This document shows, one piece after another, positions 25,938 to 37,984 of a stretch of DNA of 64,000 bases (its first letter is position 1; the number at the start of each line of letters is the position of its first letter). The notes beneath the pieces are model-generated. The model saw only the letters and a list, made by a program, of their open reading frames with translations. It was not told the DNA's origin and searched no databases. The stretch is from Nageia nagi (taxonomy: Eukaryota > Plantae > Pinophyta). The position numbers were made by a program, and so were the translations under genes. The DNA is taken from NCBI GenBank assembly GCA_050084985.1, contig JBITNC010000001.1, positions 164,982,001-165,046,000 on the forward strand, given 5' to 3'.

Positions 25938-26880
25938 AAGAAAGAAAGCATATTAATGTCCATTGGTGGCCAAAAGCGATCAATGGGACTGTCAAGTACA
26001 ATCATGCTCATGGAGCTCGCAAAGCCTAACTTAGGCATCAAATAGATAAAATAAAATCCTAAATTTATAAAAGATTAAGTAATCAAATGCCACCATAAAG
26101 TGCTCCAACCATAAAGGAATGAGATACAAAGTTTGGTACGTCCACAAGTAGGTTGTCTTGGGTCTCTCAGAGGGGAGAATATGGCGGTACTCCCTGCTCT
26201 AGGGGTGACTGTTAATCACTATGAGAAGCCTGTGTGGTACTAATGATGGTCGAGAGGAAAGCTGTGATCTGTCGCGTCCTCAACGATGGCTAGATGCGCT
26301 GGGTATGTCTTCTGGTCCTACGTAGCGGTTGTATAGGCTCAACTTTGTCTCCTACGAGGCCCTTCAAGAGGAGGAGCTCAAAAGAAGGATGTGATGCGTT
26401 GAACATCGGTCGGATGCTGTGCATGAGCTAGGAGCTGCCTTTGAAGAAGGAAGCCCTCTTGAAGATGGAGCGCTAGGCAATGTTGGTCTGGATACTAGAT
26501 GAATGTGGCTAACGAGTTGCGAGCTTCTAGGAAGAGGCAATGGTATCAACCTCGAATCTTGTAGTAAACCGTGCACTGGAAGACAAAATGGTTGTCGGAC
26601 TCCGTCTCAAGGGAGCAAGGGCGACATACTCGTAGATCTTTATTTATGTGGTGATATGTCTCCACCATCAACTGGTGGGAGTAGACTCGAAGCTATCCAA
26701 GGTGCATCCTCAACCCCAAAGGGGAGATGTAAGTTGGTGTATGTAGGCGGAAGGATTAAACTCAAAAGAGGAGAAATAATTAATCCAAGGATGTTTTTAA
26801 TTTGCCCTCGTAACTCATGGTTTGACATTGAATGTAAAGCTTTGCATAGGCTCAATCGGTCAGTCGATCCTCTTTATCCC
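25938..26880 (-). mobile_element. 5'-truncated RTE/RTEX-like LINE (3' end with Zn knuckle and TTTC tail)
   Basis: Minus strand translates SHQLMVET...RVCRPCSLETESDNHFVFQCTVYYKIRG, homologous to 29030-29270. Its 3' UTR end is the reverse complement of 29600-29641 and 35600-35650. Confidence 0.8.
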
Positions 26881-29656
26881 TTGAATTACAAGCTAGCCCA
26901 AAACCACTAACATTCTTTTCTTAGGAAGAAAAAATGTAAATTCTTATCAAGAAAAAGACAAGAAATTATAGATACGCTTAGACTTAACCCTAGAAACTTT
27001 TGGCGTATTTTATTATGCAAAAAGAAAACATGTTCCATTTTTGATCCTCACATGTGGTACACCTATGCTGGCTCACTCTATGATATTCCAAACCATGGCC
27101 CAATTATCCCCAACCCACGACCATCACATTGTAGCTTTTTCACTAATGGAATGATTTTTCATGCTATTCGTAAGCTCCAGACTGGTAAAGCAACTTATAT
27201 TGAAAATTTGAAGGCCTAATTTCTTAAACATAGCCCTAGAGTTGGCGGCCCATATTGCAAAACTCATCAATCATATAGTCACTCATGGGTTCTCACCCTC
27301 TTGGTCTTCAAATATTATACATCCCATCCGTAAATTTGGAGATCCGCTAAACCAAAGCACTTACAGAACTATTATGGTTGGCCATACTCTTGCAAAACTT
27401 TTTGCAACAGTTCTTGATATTTTTATCTCTGAATTTGTTGAGGCTAGGAAACTTCGTGCAAAGGGAGAGACATGTTTTAGAAGAAATCATCGTACCTATG
27501 ATCACATTCTAACTCTTAGAGCTATCATTGAAGAAGCTAAAGCCAATAAACGCAGGGTCTATTGTTGTTTTGTAGAGATCGGGAAAGCATTTGATACTGT
27601 TCCTAGGTAGTTATTGCTTCAAAGGTTGAAAGATTTAGGAATTGCAGAGGAGGTTACTTTGTTGGTTATGACCTTATATGAAAAAGTCATTGGACAAGTT
27701 AAAATTGGATCTATTAGAACACAGGATGTTCATAGTACTATAGGGGTTAAACATGGCTGCCCACTTTCACTTACAAGCTATCATTGAAGAAGCTAAAGCC
27801 AATAAACGCATGATCTATTGTTGTTTTGTAGACTTCAAGAAAGCATTTGATACTGTTCCTAGGTAGTTACTGCTTCAAAGGTTGAAAGATTTAGGAATTC
27901 CAGAGGAGGTTACCTTGTTGGTTATGACCTTATATGAAAAAAGTCATTGGACAAGTTAAAAAGGCTACCCACTTTCACTTACACTCTTTGGATTTTATAT
28001 TGATGAATTAGAGGTGCTCATTATGGACTCTCTAGCTAAGAGTACATGTTGCTTACTCTTTGGTAGTTTTATTGCCATTTTGTTGATAATATTATCCTAA
28101 TGTCACACACAACAAGACTTCGACAACAACTATACATACTAGGCACTTACTCTGACTTACATGGATTAGAAGTTAATCTCCAGAAAACAAAGATTATGAC
28201 ATTCAACCTACCCAAGAAAGATCTCTCTTCTGTTCACATCACATACAAAGGAAAGGTTGTTGAGATTGTTAAATCATACACATACTTGGGAGTTCTTTTC
28301 ATAGGACCTACCTTTAGCATGATCCTCGCATCTCAAGCAAGGTTAAACAAAGGGTATGCTACCTTAGCCTCTTTAAATAAGAAATGCTTTAAGCCCCAGT
28401 TTCAGGACATCAGTATGGAGATCAAACTCTCTCACACTCTTGTTACCCCCACATTGCTCTATGGTTGTGAAGTTTGGGGCCCTAGCCTCAGACAATTGGG
28501 TTGGTCTCGTATTGAAAGGGTTCTCATCTCAATGTTGTCCAAGTTCATTCATTCCAAAAGAACTATTCCACATCTCATCATTCTAGCTGAGTTTGGTGCT
28601 CGCCCATTATTTACAGCAACATTATTTCATATTGTCTCTTTACTGCATAGATTCCATTATATGCTAGATATGAGAAGATATCCATATTTAGCACTGCAGT
28701 CCTCCATATAGTTGGCCAATCAAGGGATCAAGAATTGATGGTATGCTCAAACTACTACTCTACTTCAATCTCTGGGCTTAGACATCATGAGACCTCCTCC
28801 TACTAAGTCATCAATCAATACACCATATTCCAATAAGGATATTTGAGATTAGATCTACTTAGGATATATGAAAATGACTTGGACTGATTCAAAGGAACCT
28901 CTTTCGCCAAAATTGCTCCATTACTCCCACTTTTATCTTCAACTAGAGAATGGATTGATCGCTACTCGAAAATATAACTTGATATGGATGCTGCATAACC
29001 TTAGGTTTCCTTTAGCTCAGCTATGAGTTTGCTCCCACCATCTGGGTATTGAGACAGAGCATTACCTCCCTAGAGATCAGCGTATTTGCAGATTGTGCAA
29101 TCTTGATGTGGAATTCGAGGAGCATTTTATTTTCACTTGTCTTGTATACTATGAGATACGAGGTAGATATTGTTGCTTATTCATAGATATCGATACGTTA
29201 AAATCTTGGATTAATTATGAAGACCAAAGATGCATTGCCCTCTTCATCCGAGAATTATTCACTCTTAGAAAAGAACTACTTAGTAATAGTTTGTAGAGGA
29301 TAACAATATCCCGACTTATATCACTTCATTCTTCCAGCCTCCAGAAGCCATGACCAGGAAATGCTAGGGTGATCACAAAGATACAACAAGAACATCTCGT
29401 CATCGACTCCAACAAGGACCATCTACAATGACATCAAACTCTTATATCACTCACTTCTTTGCACCCTTGAATGTTGGGAGAAATCCTTGATTCATAGACC
29501 TTGTATATCATTTGTTATACTATTTATTGTTTTTCTTATTTTATTTCCTTTGGAGTTGCATTAGGCACTCCCGTTGCTTTGTATATATCCTACTTTACAA
29601 GTCCTAATTGACCTTTTTTGGTCACCAATGGACATTAATATAAATTCTATTCTATT
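26880..29656 (+). mobile_element. 5'-truncated RTE/RTEX-like LINE pseudogene (reverse transcriptase plus C-terminal CCHC knuckle)
   Basis: YRTIMVG...FRRNHRTYDHILTLRAIIE...YCCFVDFKKAFDTVPR; GVK(H)GCPLS; GLEVNLQKTKIM; YTYLG; PTLLYGCEVWG; CRLCNLDVEFEEHFIFTC; TTCTA microsatellite tail. Clade assignment comes from motifs only. Confidence 0.88.
27520..27982 (+). repeat. Tandem duplication (~255 bp) inside the LINE RT; second copy has an internal deletion
   Basis: agctatcattgaagaagctaaagcc... starts at both 27520 and 27776, and both copies end cccactttcacttac. Confidence 0.9.
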
Positions 29657-30671
29657 TATCTTCCTTTATAGGTGAGCATGAAATTACAAATTACATTATG
29701 AATGGTTGGGCAACCCAATCCAGACTCAACATAATAAAACACTCCTAAATTACTTAAATGACTCCTAGGACCCACTAATTACATCTTGGGGTCATAAAGC
29801 ACCCATAAATGGGGCATCCCATTTATTACAAATATTTGCGTATTTATTGATGGCCCACTCAATAAAATAACCATATTATAACTGCCCATCCTTAGAAGAA
29901 GGACGTCATATTCAAAATGAACAATTAGAAATACAATTCTAGATTTCCGTGTGCGTGCGATATGGTTTCTCGAGCGAACTTCAAGAGGCAATATCTTCCT
30001 TGCTCCTTGACAAAACCATGTCGTGTAACTTGCCAAAATGTTTGGGATGAGATGCTCTATCCATATTTGAAGGTGAATCGACAATCCTTGGTTGTTGGAA
30101 GACGAAATACCTAGAAAACGACTAAGAGGAACTCTCAAAAAATGGGTCATTACAATACCGCCCCTCCCAAAATTGCTTGTCCCCAAGCAATTCCAACACC
30201 CATCTTTTCATCGTCAAGCTGAAACCAATTATGATCCCAGGGTCCCAAGTCAATCTCTCATAATACCAATCCATGTCTTCTCAGATCTGCGTTAAACCTT
30301 AGGTTGGTAATATCTTAGCTCTAATACCACTGTAATGAGTTGAACTAGGGCTCAAACTATGGACACACAATTACTCAATTCCAATTTACCATTTATTCAT
30401 CAAAGTAGGGCAAAGTTGAAATACTTAACATCCATTCAATTATGCTTTTAATGATAATAAATCAGATTAGATATATAACAGAAATAATGCTCTTTATCTC
30501 ATGTAAACCATTCAAACTAGGGTACAAACACAGATCTGTTATGTAACAAAATTATTCATCCAAACACCTCAATTCTCAAGCATTCTTATTCATAAATATC
30601 AATAACAGTAGAACAATAGTAAAAGAGCATTCATCCACACATCGAATCAATATGAGAGCCAATATATATAT

Positions 30672-31430
30672 CCTAGTATTCAAACTCGTCGAGACTCAGC
30701 AAAAATTGTGTCCCGAGTCCGAGTCATGCTCGGTGAGTCATCGAGGCTCGAACTTGCGAGTCTCCAGATTCGTTGAGTCTTGGCAAGTCTGGCCGAGTTG
30801 GGCTAGTTTGGTGAAAGCAAAGTAATTTTGAAAAATGATTTTAAAACATTAAAAAAACCCATTAATTAGGCATGTGTATACTCTTTGGAAAGGTCTCTTC
30901 GAATACTACTCAATGAAAAAAATATTACCTCGATTGAATGTCTATATAAAAAGTTATGCCTTCACAAATATGACTGATCTATTTTGTAACAGGTTCAACA
31001 ATCAACAATTTCCACAAAACCATTAAGAATGCTCCAAAATCCAAACACCATCCAAGTATGAGAATTCACCAAATCCTCACTCCAATGAAAAAGGGGAAAA
31101 ACAAAAAGAATGAAGTTTGCAGCCATCATAGATTGATTGATTTTGTATTTTGTAGCCATCATAGGCACATTTTGTATTGTGAAGTTTTGACATTTTGATG
31201 AATATAAACATATGCCCCTTCCTATCCGTAATTTGTAATTGTGTACATTGTAAATTGTATAATGTTGATGTTATTGTTAAGTTGGTAGGCTTCTAGAAGA
31301 CACTAATAGTATTAATAAATAACATGCAATTGAAAAAATATGTTTTCAGTGAAAAATATATATTTTTTCATTCTTTTCGTTTTGCCGAGTTTGATTGATT
31401 TTTTTGTCGAGTTCGAGATTGACTACTATG
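30672..31430. mobile_element. hAT MITE (759 bp) inserted in the 5' LTR of the miniature element, followed by an expanded (TA)n tract
   Basis: TIRs CCTAGTATTCAAACTCG / CGAGATTGACTACTATG, 8-bp TSD ATATATAT, subterminal CGAGT repeats; absent from the sister LTR at ~23235. Confidence 0.85.
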
Positions 31431-31431
31431 A

Positions 31432-31470
<39 letters not shown>

Positions 31471-32779
31471 CAAGAATTAAATGCAGGTTTGTAACAAGCT
31501 TGTATCAAGTCCTAAGGCATCACACCCAAGACTTTCAAAATGCACCACAAGACTCCCCAAAGGCACGCGCAACACTCCTAAGGCCTCAAATCGATCAATG
31601 ATGATGAAGCGAGCCAACATCCCTCTCCTAGGGCAGATATGGAGTGAATAGCAATGAGAAACCTTAGGGTTTTTGACCTAGAGCCCCCTTAGACAATGAG
31701 AGTTTTCGTCCTCAATGCCTAACTCAAGTGGGTTTTCGTCCACAAGAGTGGGTTTGGAGAAAATTCCAAAGAGAAGAGAAATAATTAATCCAAGTAAGTT
31801 TTCAAATGAGCTCTCATCTTCCTTCTCTAGGTGAGCATAAGATTACAAATTACATTAATGAATGGTTGGCCGATCCAACCTAGACTTAAAATAATAAAAC
31901 ACTCCTAAATTACTTAAATGACTCCTAGGACCCACTAATTACATCTTGGAATCATAAAGCACCCATAAATGGAGCATCCCATTTATTACAAATAATTGGG
32001 CATTTATTGATGGCCCATTCAATAAAATAAACCATATTATAATTGCCCATCCCTAGAAGAGGGATGCCATATTCAAAATGAACAATTAGAAATAAAATTT
32101 TGGATTTCTGCGTGCACGATATGGTTTGCTGGGCGAACTTCAAGAGGCAATATCTTCCTTGCTCCTTGACGAAACTATGTCGTGTAACCTATCAAACGGT
32201 TTGGCATGAGATGCTCTATCCATTTATGGAGGTGAATCGACAATCCTTGGTTGTTGGAATACGAAATACCTAGAAAACCACAAATAAGAGAAACTCCCAA
32301 AAAAAAGGGTCATTACACATAAGCCATATAATGGTTTATAACATGGGCCTTTTATCAATCAAGAGTCTAGCACTGATAAGAGTTGACTTCATATTTGTGC
32401 TATTTTATTGAAGATTCTCGTGTTGTTTAAAATATATTTTTTATGATACTTTTGGTTAACCTTGTTTTCCTTGATTTTAATGCCCATTATTTTGTCTTAA
32501 ACAACGATTGGTATCCACATGTTTCTTTTCAAGTTCCATTGACATAGTTTCTCTCTTATTATTCCACTATGTTCTATATAATCATCACATTTCATACTAA
32601 TTCCTTACTACAATAAATGAATAGGCTTTTCTGGAGTAACCTTTAGGAGCTTGTACTATTTCATTTCCTTTTCATTTCGATTTTTTATAGCATGAGGTGT
32701 CAATTGATGCATCAAGTAATTAGTAGAGATCCTATGTACACTTCAATTTTATCCCACATGACCAACGATCTATATTGCT

Positions 32780-35652
32780 TGATGGATACCCTAGACTTGT
32801 CTAGCACCAAAGAGGATCTAGTGGTTATCAAAATAAAACCAATGTTGTGGTTTTCAACACCTCAAAGGCCATTGCTGACAAGACTCAGGTCACATATCGG
32901 GTCAAAGTTATTGAGATTACCTCCTCCTACACTTATCTAGGAGTACTCTTTTTGGCTTGTTTCTCGATGAGGGCGACAACCCCACCCAAAGTATGTCAAG
33001 GATATTTAACAATTTCTTCTCTCGAGAGATAGTGTGTCCAGCTCCACTTTTGTGTCACCCCATCCAACTTACAACTATTTCACACTTTGGTCATGCCTAA
33101 TAGTACTTTATGGTGTTCAGGTTTGGGGCCCCAAAATGAGGAGCTAGGATTGGGCCACAGTTGAGAGCATCTTGGTTAGCACATTGTCTCGCTCCATTCG
33201 GAGCAAGAGGATTGTCCCACATGACATCATGTTGGCTGAGTTTGGCTGCCAATGTCTATAGGTGTTTCCCCTTGCAACGTTGGTTCTTTTTCTTCGTCGT
33301 ATCCACAATCTTACATCTATTGGGGAAGGTGATCAACTCTCCCATAGAGCTTTGGCGTCATTTATGGACTTACCAGCATAGGGATGTCGCTAGTGTTGGT
33401 TCATCGAGGTCACAAAGGCATTACAACACTTCGCGTTTTTCCATCATCGACTACCTATACCTTAGGGGTACACATATAGAGACCCAGTTGATAGATTGTC
33501 ACCTATCAGTTACACGATTTATAGGGTGTATGTTTAGCATACTTGGATCGCTCCCAAACATCTTCTCACACCCAAGTTGTTGCATTACACCCATCACTTC
33601 TTGCATATTGATAGAGGGTTAATACGCCCACCTCGATACACCAATTTACACCTCTCTCTCGGCTTGAGGATTTTGCTTGGATGTTTGAAAGTGTGCTTCC
33701 ACCAACTGCGGATCAAGACGGATCAACATTTAGCATATGAGCTTCGAGTTTGTTGATTGTGCTCGTTGGAGCCTTAGATTGAGGACCACTTCATCTTCAG
33801 TTGCTTGGTTTTCTATGAGATCCAAGGACAGTACCATCTTCTTTTTCGAGACTCCCATATCTCGATCTCAACATTCTTTCAGTTCCCAAACCAATGTTGT
33901 GTGGGATTCTTATCTCAGGGAGGCGTTCCTTCATAGCAAATATCTCTTATCCGATGCCCAACACTTGATAGGTGATTGCTTGATTACTTCATACTTTCGA
34001 GCCTCCTCGAATGAGGGAGCTCGTAGGAGGAGGAGAGATGACCCTCTTCCGCCTACTTGATGCACAAGACAACGAGTGGGTGATGACTCTATTCCTCTAC
34101 GTTCTCGGTGGATCACATCTTTCTTTAGCGCCAATAGAGCAAATGTGACATCTCCCTTGTTTTCTAGTCATTAATTGTATGATGCGAAAGGATCTATTTG
34201 TAATATACTCTTCTTATGTATTACTCTTTATGTTGTAACTTAGGTTAGGAGACTTAATGGGTCAATGGACCCCACTGTGAGCCCCAAGTGGGACGCCCTC
34301 CTCCTAACGATAGATTAGGAGTATTTATCATGCTTGGAGATCTCGATGATGATTGTGGGAATCCCAAGATATATGTATGTGTCAGATAATCTCTTGCATA
34401 CCTGTGCCAGGCTTGGGGAGGACCCCACACCCCATGTTGGCCCAATTATGCTCCTAGATCCCATGTTTGCCCTCTTTCACCTAATGGGCATGCGTGGCAC
34501 CCCATGACCCAGTCGTTGGCATTTAACATTCCCTGGGACCCCACGTTGGCATCTCTTGCCATTAGACACCCACGTTGGGCATTTTGGGCCCCTAGGAAGC
34601 CAACATTGGAATAGAAGGAGCTAGATGGTGATTCCTAAACAGGACCTTGATAGGATAATGTATCAATAGACACAAGGGGCTCATTATTGGATACACTTGA
34701 TCATTATTGCATCTATTCTTCTACTTCGTCCAGTGGACAAGACATTAGCGGAGCGCTAATTGTATTCCTTAGGTGGAGCACCTAAGAGGGTAGCGAAGCT
34801 TTGGGATCCTGACTATCTACGGCATTGGTGGAGCACCATTGTCCATCTGGTGGTACCCGAGGATTTATTCCTACCGTTCAGTTGGTTAGCTAGAGATCGA
34901 GGAGTGCTCCTTCAGTGGAGAAGAATTGAGATCTGAGGGAATAGGTCTATCCTGTGGTTCCATGGTGATTGCAAATTGCCTTCATTGTGTTTAGTTTGGC
35001 TCTTAAGAAGCCGACGATTGCCCTAGAGGGTTTTTATGATTTTGTACTGCCTCATATTGTGAATATACTCATCGAGGGTTCCTGTATTTTACATGGTGTT
35101 GTATTGATGTGTCTTATGCATGCGTTGGCTCATTGTGATTGTTCATGCTTATGCTTATCATGCGATGTTGTTGTAATAATTGATTAGTTGGATAATGTAT
35201 GCTTAAGCTAGACGTTGACACCCTGGCATTGTTATTGTGAAATACTGATGTTCTAACCCTAACATTGCACTCTTGAGGGTTTGATTGTGTGTTGTGAATG
35301 CCCTAGGCCTGACGTTAGGATTTGGGGGTTGTAATTGAGCGTTTTCGAGTGGAGATTTGTTTTGGATCATCACAACAAATGTGCTCACAATAACCACAAA
35401 TCAGGGGGAGCTCAACTGGGTTGTCCAGATGAGAGTCCTCCCCTTTACTAATCTTGACTATCTTGTTTTATTGTTAGATTATGTACTCCTTTTTAGGGCT
35501 TTGCCTCTCTATTGTATTTCCGCACTATTTTTCTTAGGTTGTTTCCAGTGTGGACCATCTAGGGCCCGACATGTTGCTTTATACATTTGTACCCGATAGC
35601 CCCATTGATCGCTTTTGATCACCCATGGACACTAATATATTTTCTTTCTTTT
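32780..35652 (+). mobile_element. Third RTE/RTEX-like LINE copy (decayed 3' part), interrupted by a solo LTR
   Basis: SSYTYLGVLF, LYGVQVWGP, HQLRIKT...RVC*LC...EDHFIFSC; family 3' end cccattgatcgcttttg...atggacactaatata followed by a TTTC tail at 35600-35652. Confidence 0.75.
34144..35374 (+). mobile_element. Solo LTR (1231 bp)
   Basis: TGTGACATC...CATCACA termini, TSD GCAAA/ACAAA; homologous in inverted orientation to 36280-37538. Confidence 0.8.
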
Positions 35653-36279
35653 CCTGTAATAAAAGAAATGCCTTCTACAGGTTCTGTGTTTACAGGATAT
35701 GTATCTGTTGCTTGCTGAAATGTGTACCCTTTCTCATGCCACATTTATTTAGGTTCTCAATAATTTATGGTATGACTGATTCACTTATCAAATTTCTCAT
35801 TTCAATAAGAGAAACTGAAGAAGTTTGAGATGATGTGTGTTACTATGACTTTTTCACATCAACTTAAACAATCGAAGTCAAGGGAATCAGTCAGATTTTT
35901 CCATCTACATTGTTAGGTGGTACTTTTAGAATTCAAGAAAACAATTGACTTTAATTTAAAAAAAATAAGAAAATATAAATCAGAATTTTGTTTTTGATCA
36001 TTTAAAATTTAATATAAATATACATGCAAAAAATCTTGAAATAACTGGAAAAAATCACTGATAATCACTGCGACTTCCCTTAGTGTCCTTGTAGCACTGA
36101 TTTTGTCCAAAAAGAATTTAATCATGTGGCTTTATGTGTGTACTCTAGAGTCAATGAAAGAATTCGGGTCATCTATGTTATATGCAAAAGCTAAAGCTTT
36201 TTTTGTTCAATGAGTTTTAACATGTAGATCTGTAATCAAAGTTGATTCTTATGGAACACAGGGCCAAGCATTGGGCAAG

Positions 36280-37538
36280 TGTAGAATCCCAATTTATTCT
36301 CCAAGAGAGTATTAGCCAAACAATTATCAAATTATATCAAAATACACATTAAGCATGCTACGAACTGATCTAGGGCATCAAGCATACATGAAAATGAGCC
36401 ATGAATGCTGACGACTCACTCTACAAGCACAAATGCACCCTAATTGCCCAACATCATGCACAATGAAGCAAGATTGCACCAAACGCACCAAAATAGGAGA
36501 CAATAAGTGGAGATCAAATGTGGCACGACTGAACTAATGAATAAAAATGGGATCGATACAATACTAGGCCCTCAAGGGCTCAATGTTGGCCTCCAAGGAG
36601 CCAACTAGTGAACATTGATATGCAAGGATGAATGTTGCTGCAGATACGTTGTAGAACAACTACACTCTACTAGATCTGTGGATGCCACACTGAAGGGCTC
36701 CCTCATAGGCTAGCTCCCAACGAAGAGATTGAATGTAGTTTCGGAATACCATAGGATGGATTCAAAGGTGTAGACCGCTATGGACGCATCAAGGTAGTGC
36801 AACCTCACATCACGAATATTCACCTCAATTGCTAGTTAGAGGGTGTTCCAAGCCTCCTGGATTCTCCTTGGTTTACACACCTAAAGGTGCTTGATGCCAC
36901 TAAGATTTGAGTAGTAAAAGGGGGGGTTTTCAGTATCAAAATTAGTATATCCTTGCAATGAGGCTCCAATGCCTTATATAACATATCGCTGGATTTGGAT
37001 CTCACCTAGGAGTCATCCCCAGCTCTCCAAATCCAACATTAGCCTCTTGTTGGTCCAAGATGTCCAACGTGGGTGCCTAGGGTTCATGCATGCCCAACGT
37101 GGGTATCCAGGAGCCATAAATGCCAACGTGGGGGTCTATAGTGCCATGCATGCCTAATGTGGATCTAGGAGTCATGCCTGGGTGTTGAGGTGTCATAATG
37201 GGCCAATGTGGGGGTCTAGAAGTCTCCCCAAGGCTAGCGCAAGTGTCCAAGTCCAACGTTGGGTTCTAAGTACTTAATATACCATTTTTGATGTTACATG
37301 AGGCTTGGGATTCTCACAATCATTTTAGGATCTCCAAGTGCATAAATAATTAATAAAATAACTAATCCTAAGCTTGGGAGGAAAACATCCCATTTGGGCC
37401 TCACAATGTGGGTCCAATGGACCATAATATTTCTATCCCAAGTAACTAATAACAAATAAGTAAAGATAATAAAATATTTACAAAAGGGAACCCCTAGGAT
37501 TCCAAGTTTATTTATTTTTATTGAAAGGGGATGTTACA
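36280..37538 (-). mobile_element. Solo LTR (1259 bp), same family as 34144-35374, opposite orientation
   Basis: TGTAG...GATGTTACA termini, TSD GCAAG/ACAAG; 37385-37425 is the reverse complement of ~34255-34300; shared ccaacgtggg subrepeats. Confidence 0.8.
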
Positions 37539-37984
37539 ACAAGCCTCCCACAAGTATGCAATTTGTTGATGGCTCTTCGTGCGTATTGTGCTTGTCTGCC
37601 TTCGTTTAATTTTACCTCCGTATTATTAATGTAGTTCGTCATCATAATCCTTATTATTTCCATCACCACCATTGGAATTATCTATGAAACTAATTTTTTT
37701 CCAAGAAGTAGAATTTGGTTGCTTAATGTATGCTTTGTTAATTCCCTTTTGTACTTACCGCTTTTGTTTGAGAAACATTGGCATTATTGTTTCTACCTCC
37801 TCTTCTGCAGCAATTGCTCCTTCCGCCATATAAATCAGCTTCCTAATAGTATTATTGTGAAGTATTCTACACCTCTCCTGTATTGGAATCTCAATAGAAT
37901 TGGTAGTTGTGGATGGAAGAGGATGCTATCTTGGAGAAGAGTTAACTAATACAACCTCTAGATCAGCACTAGATAGCTCCTATT

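Larger units (their letters stand above)
22902..32317 (-). mobile_element. Miniature non-autonomous LTR retrotransposon (LTRs ~1.2 kb net, internal region 176 bp) with nested insertions
   Basis: 5' LTR 30331-32317 and 3' LTR 22902-30154 (interrupted). PBS(Met) TGGTATTAGAGCT at 30317-30329 (-). PPT TTTGGGAGGGGCGG at ~30158-30171 (-). TSD CATAG/CATAA. Confidence 0.88.

Noticed and set aside
25938-29656. TIR DNA transposon, given the inverted ends at ~25950 and ~29640
   Set aside because: The inverted ends are 3' UTRs of two oppositely oriented LINEs; the same end occurs singly at 35600-35652.
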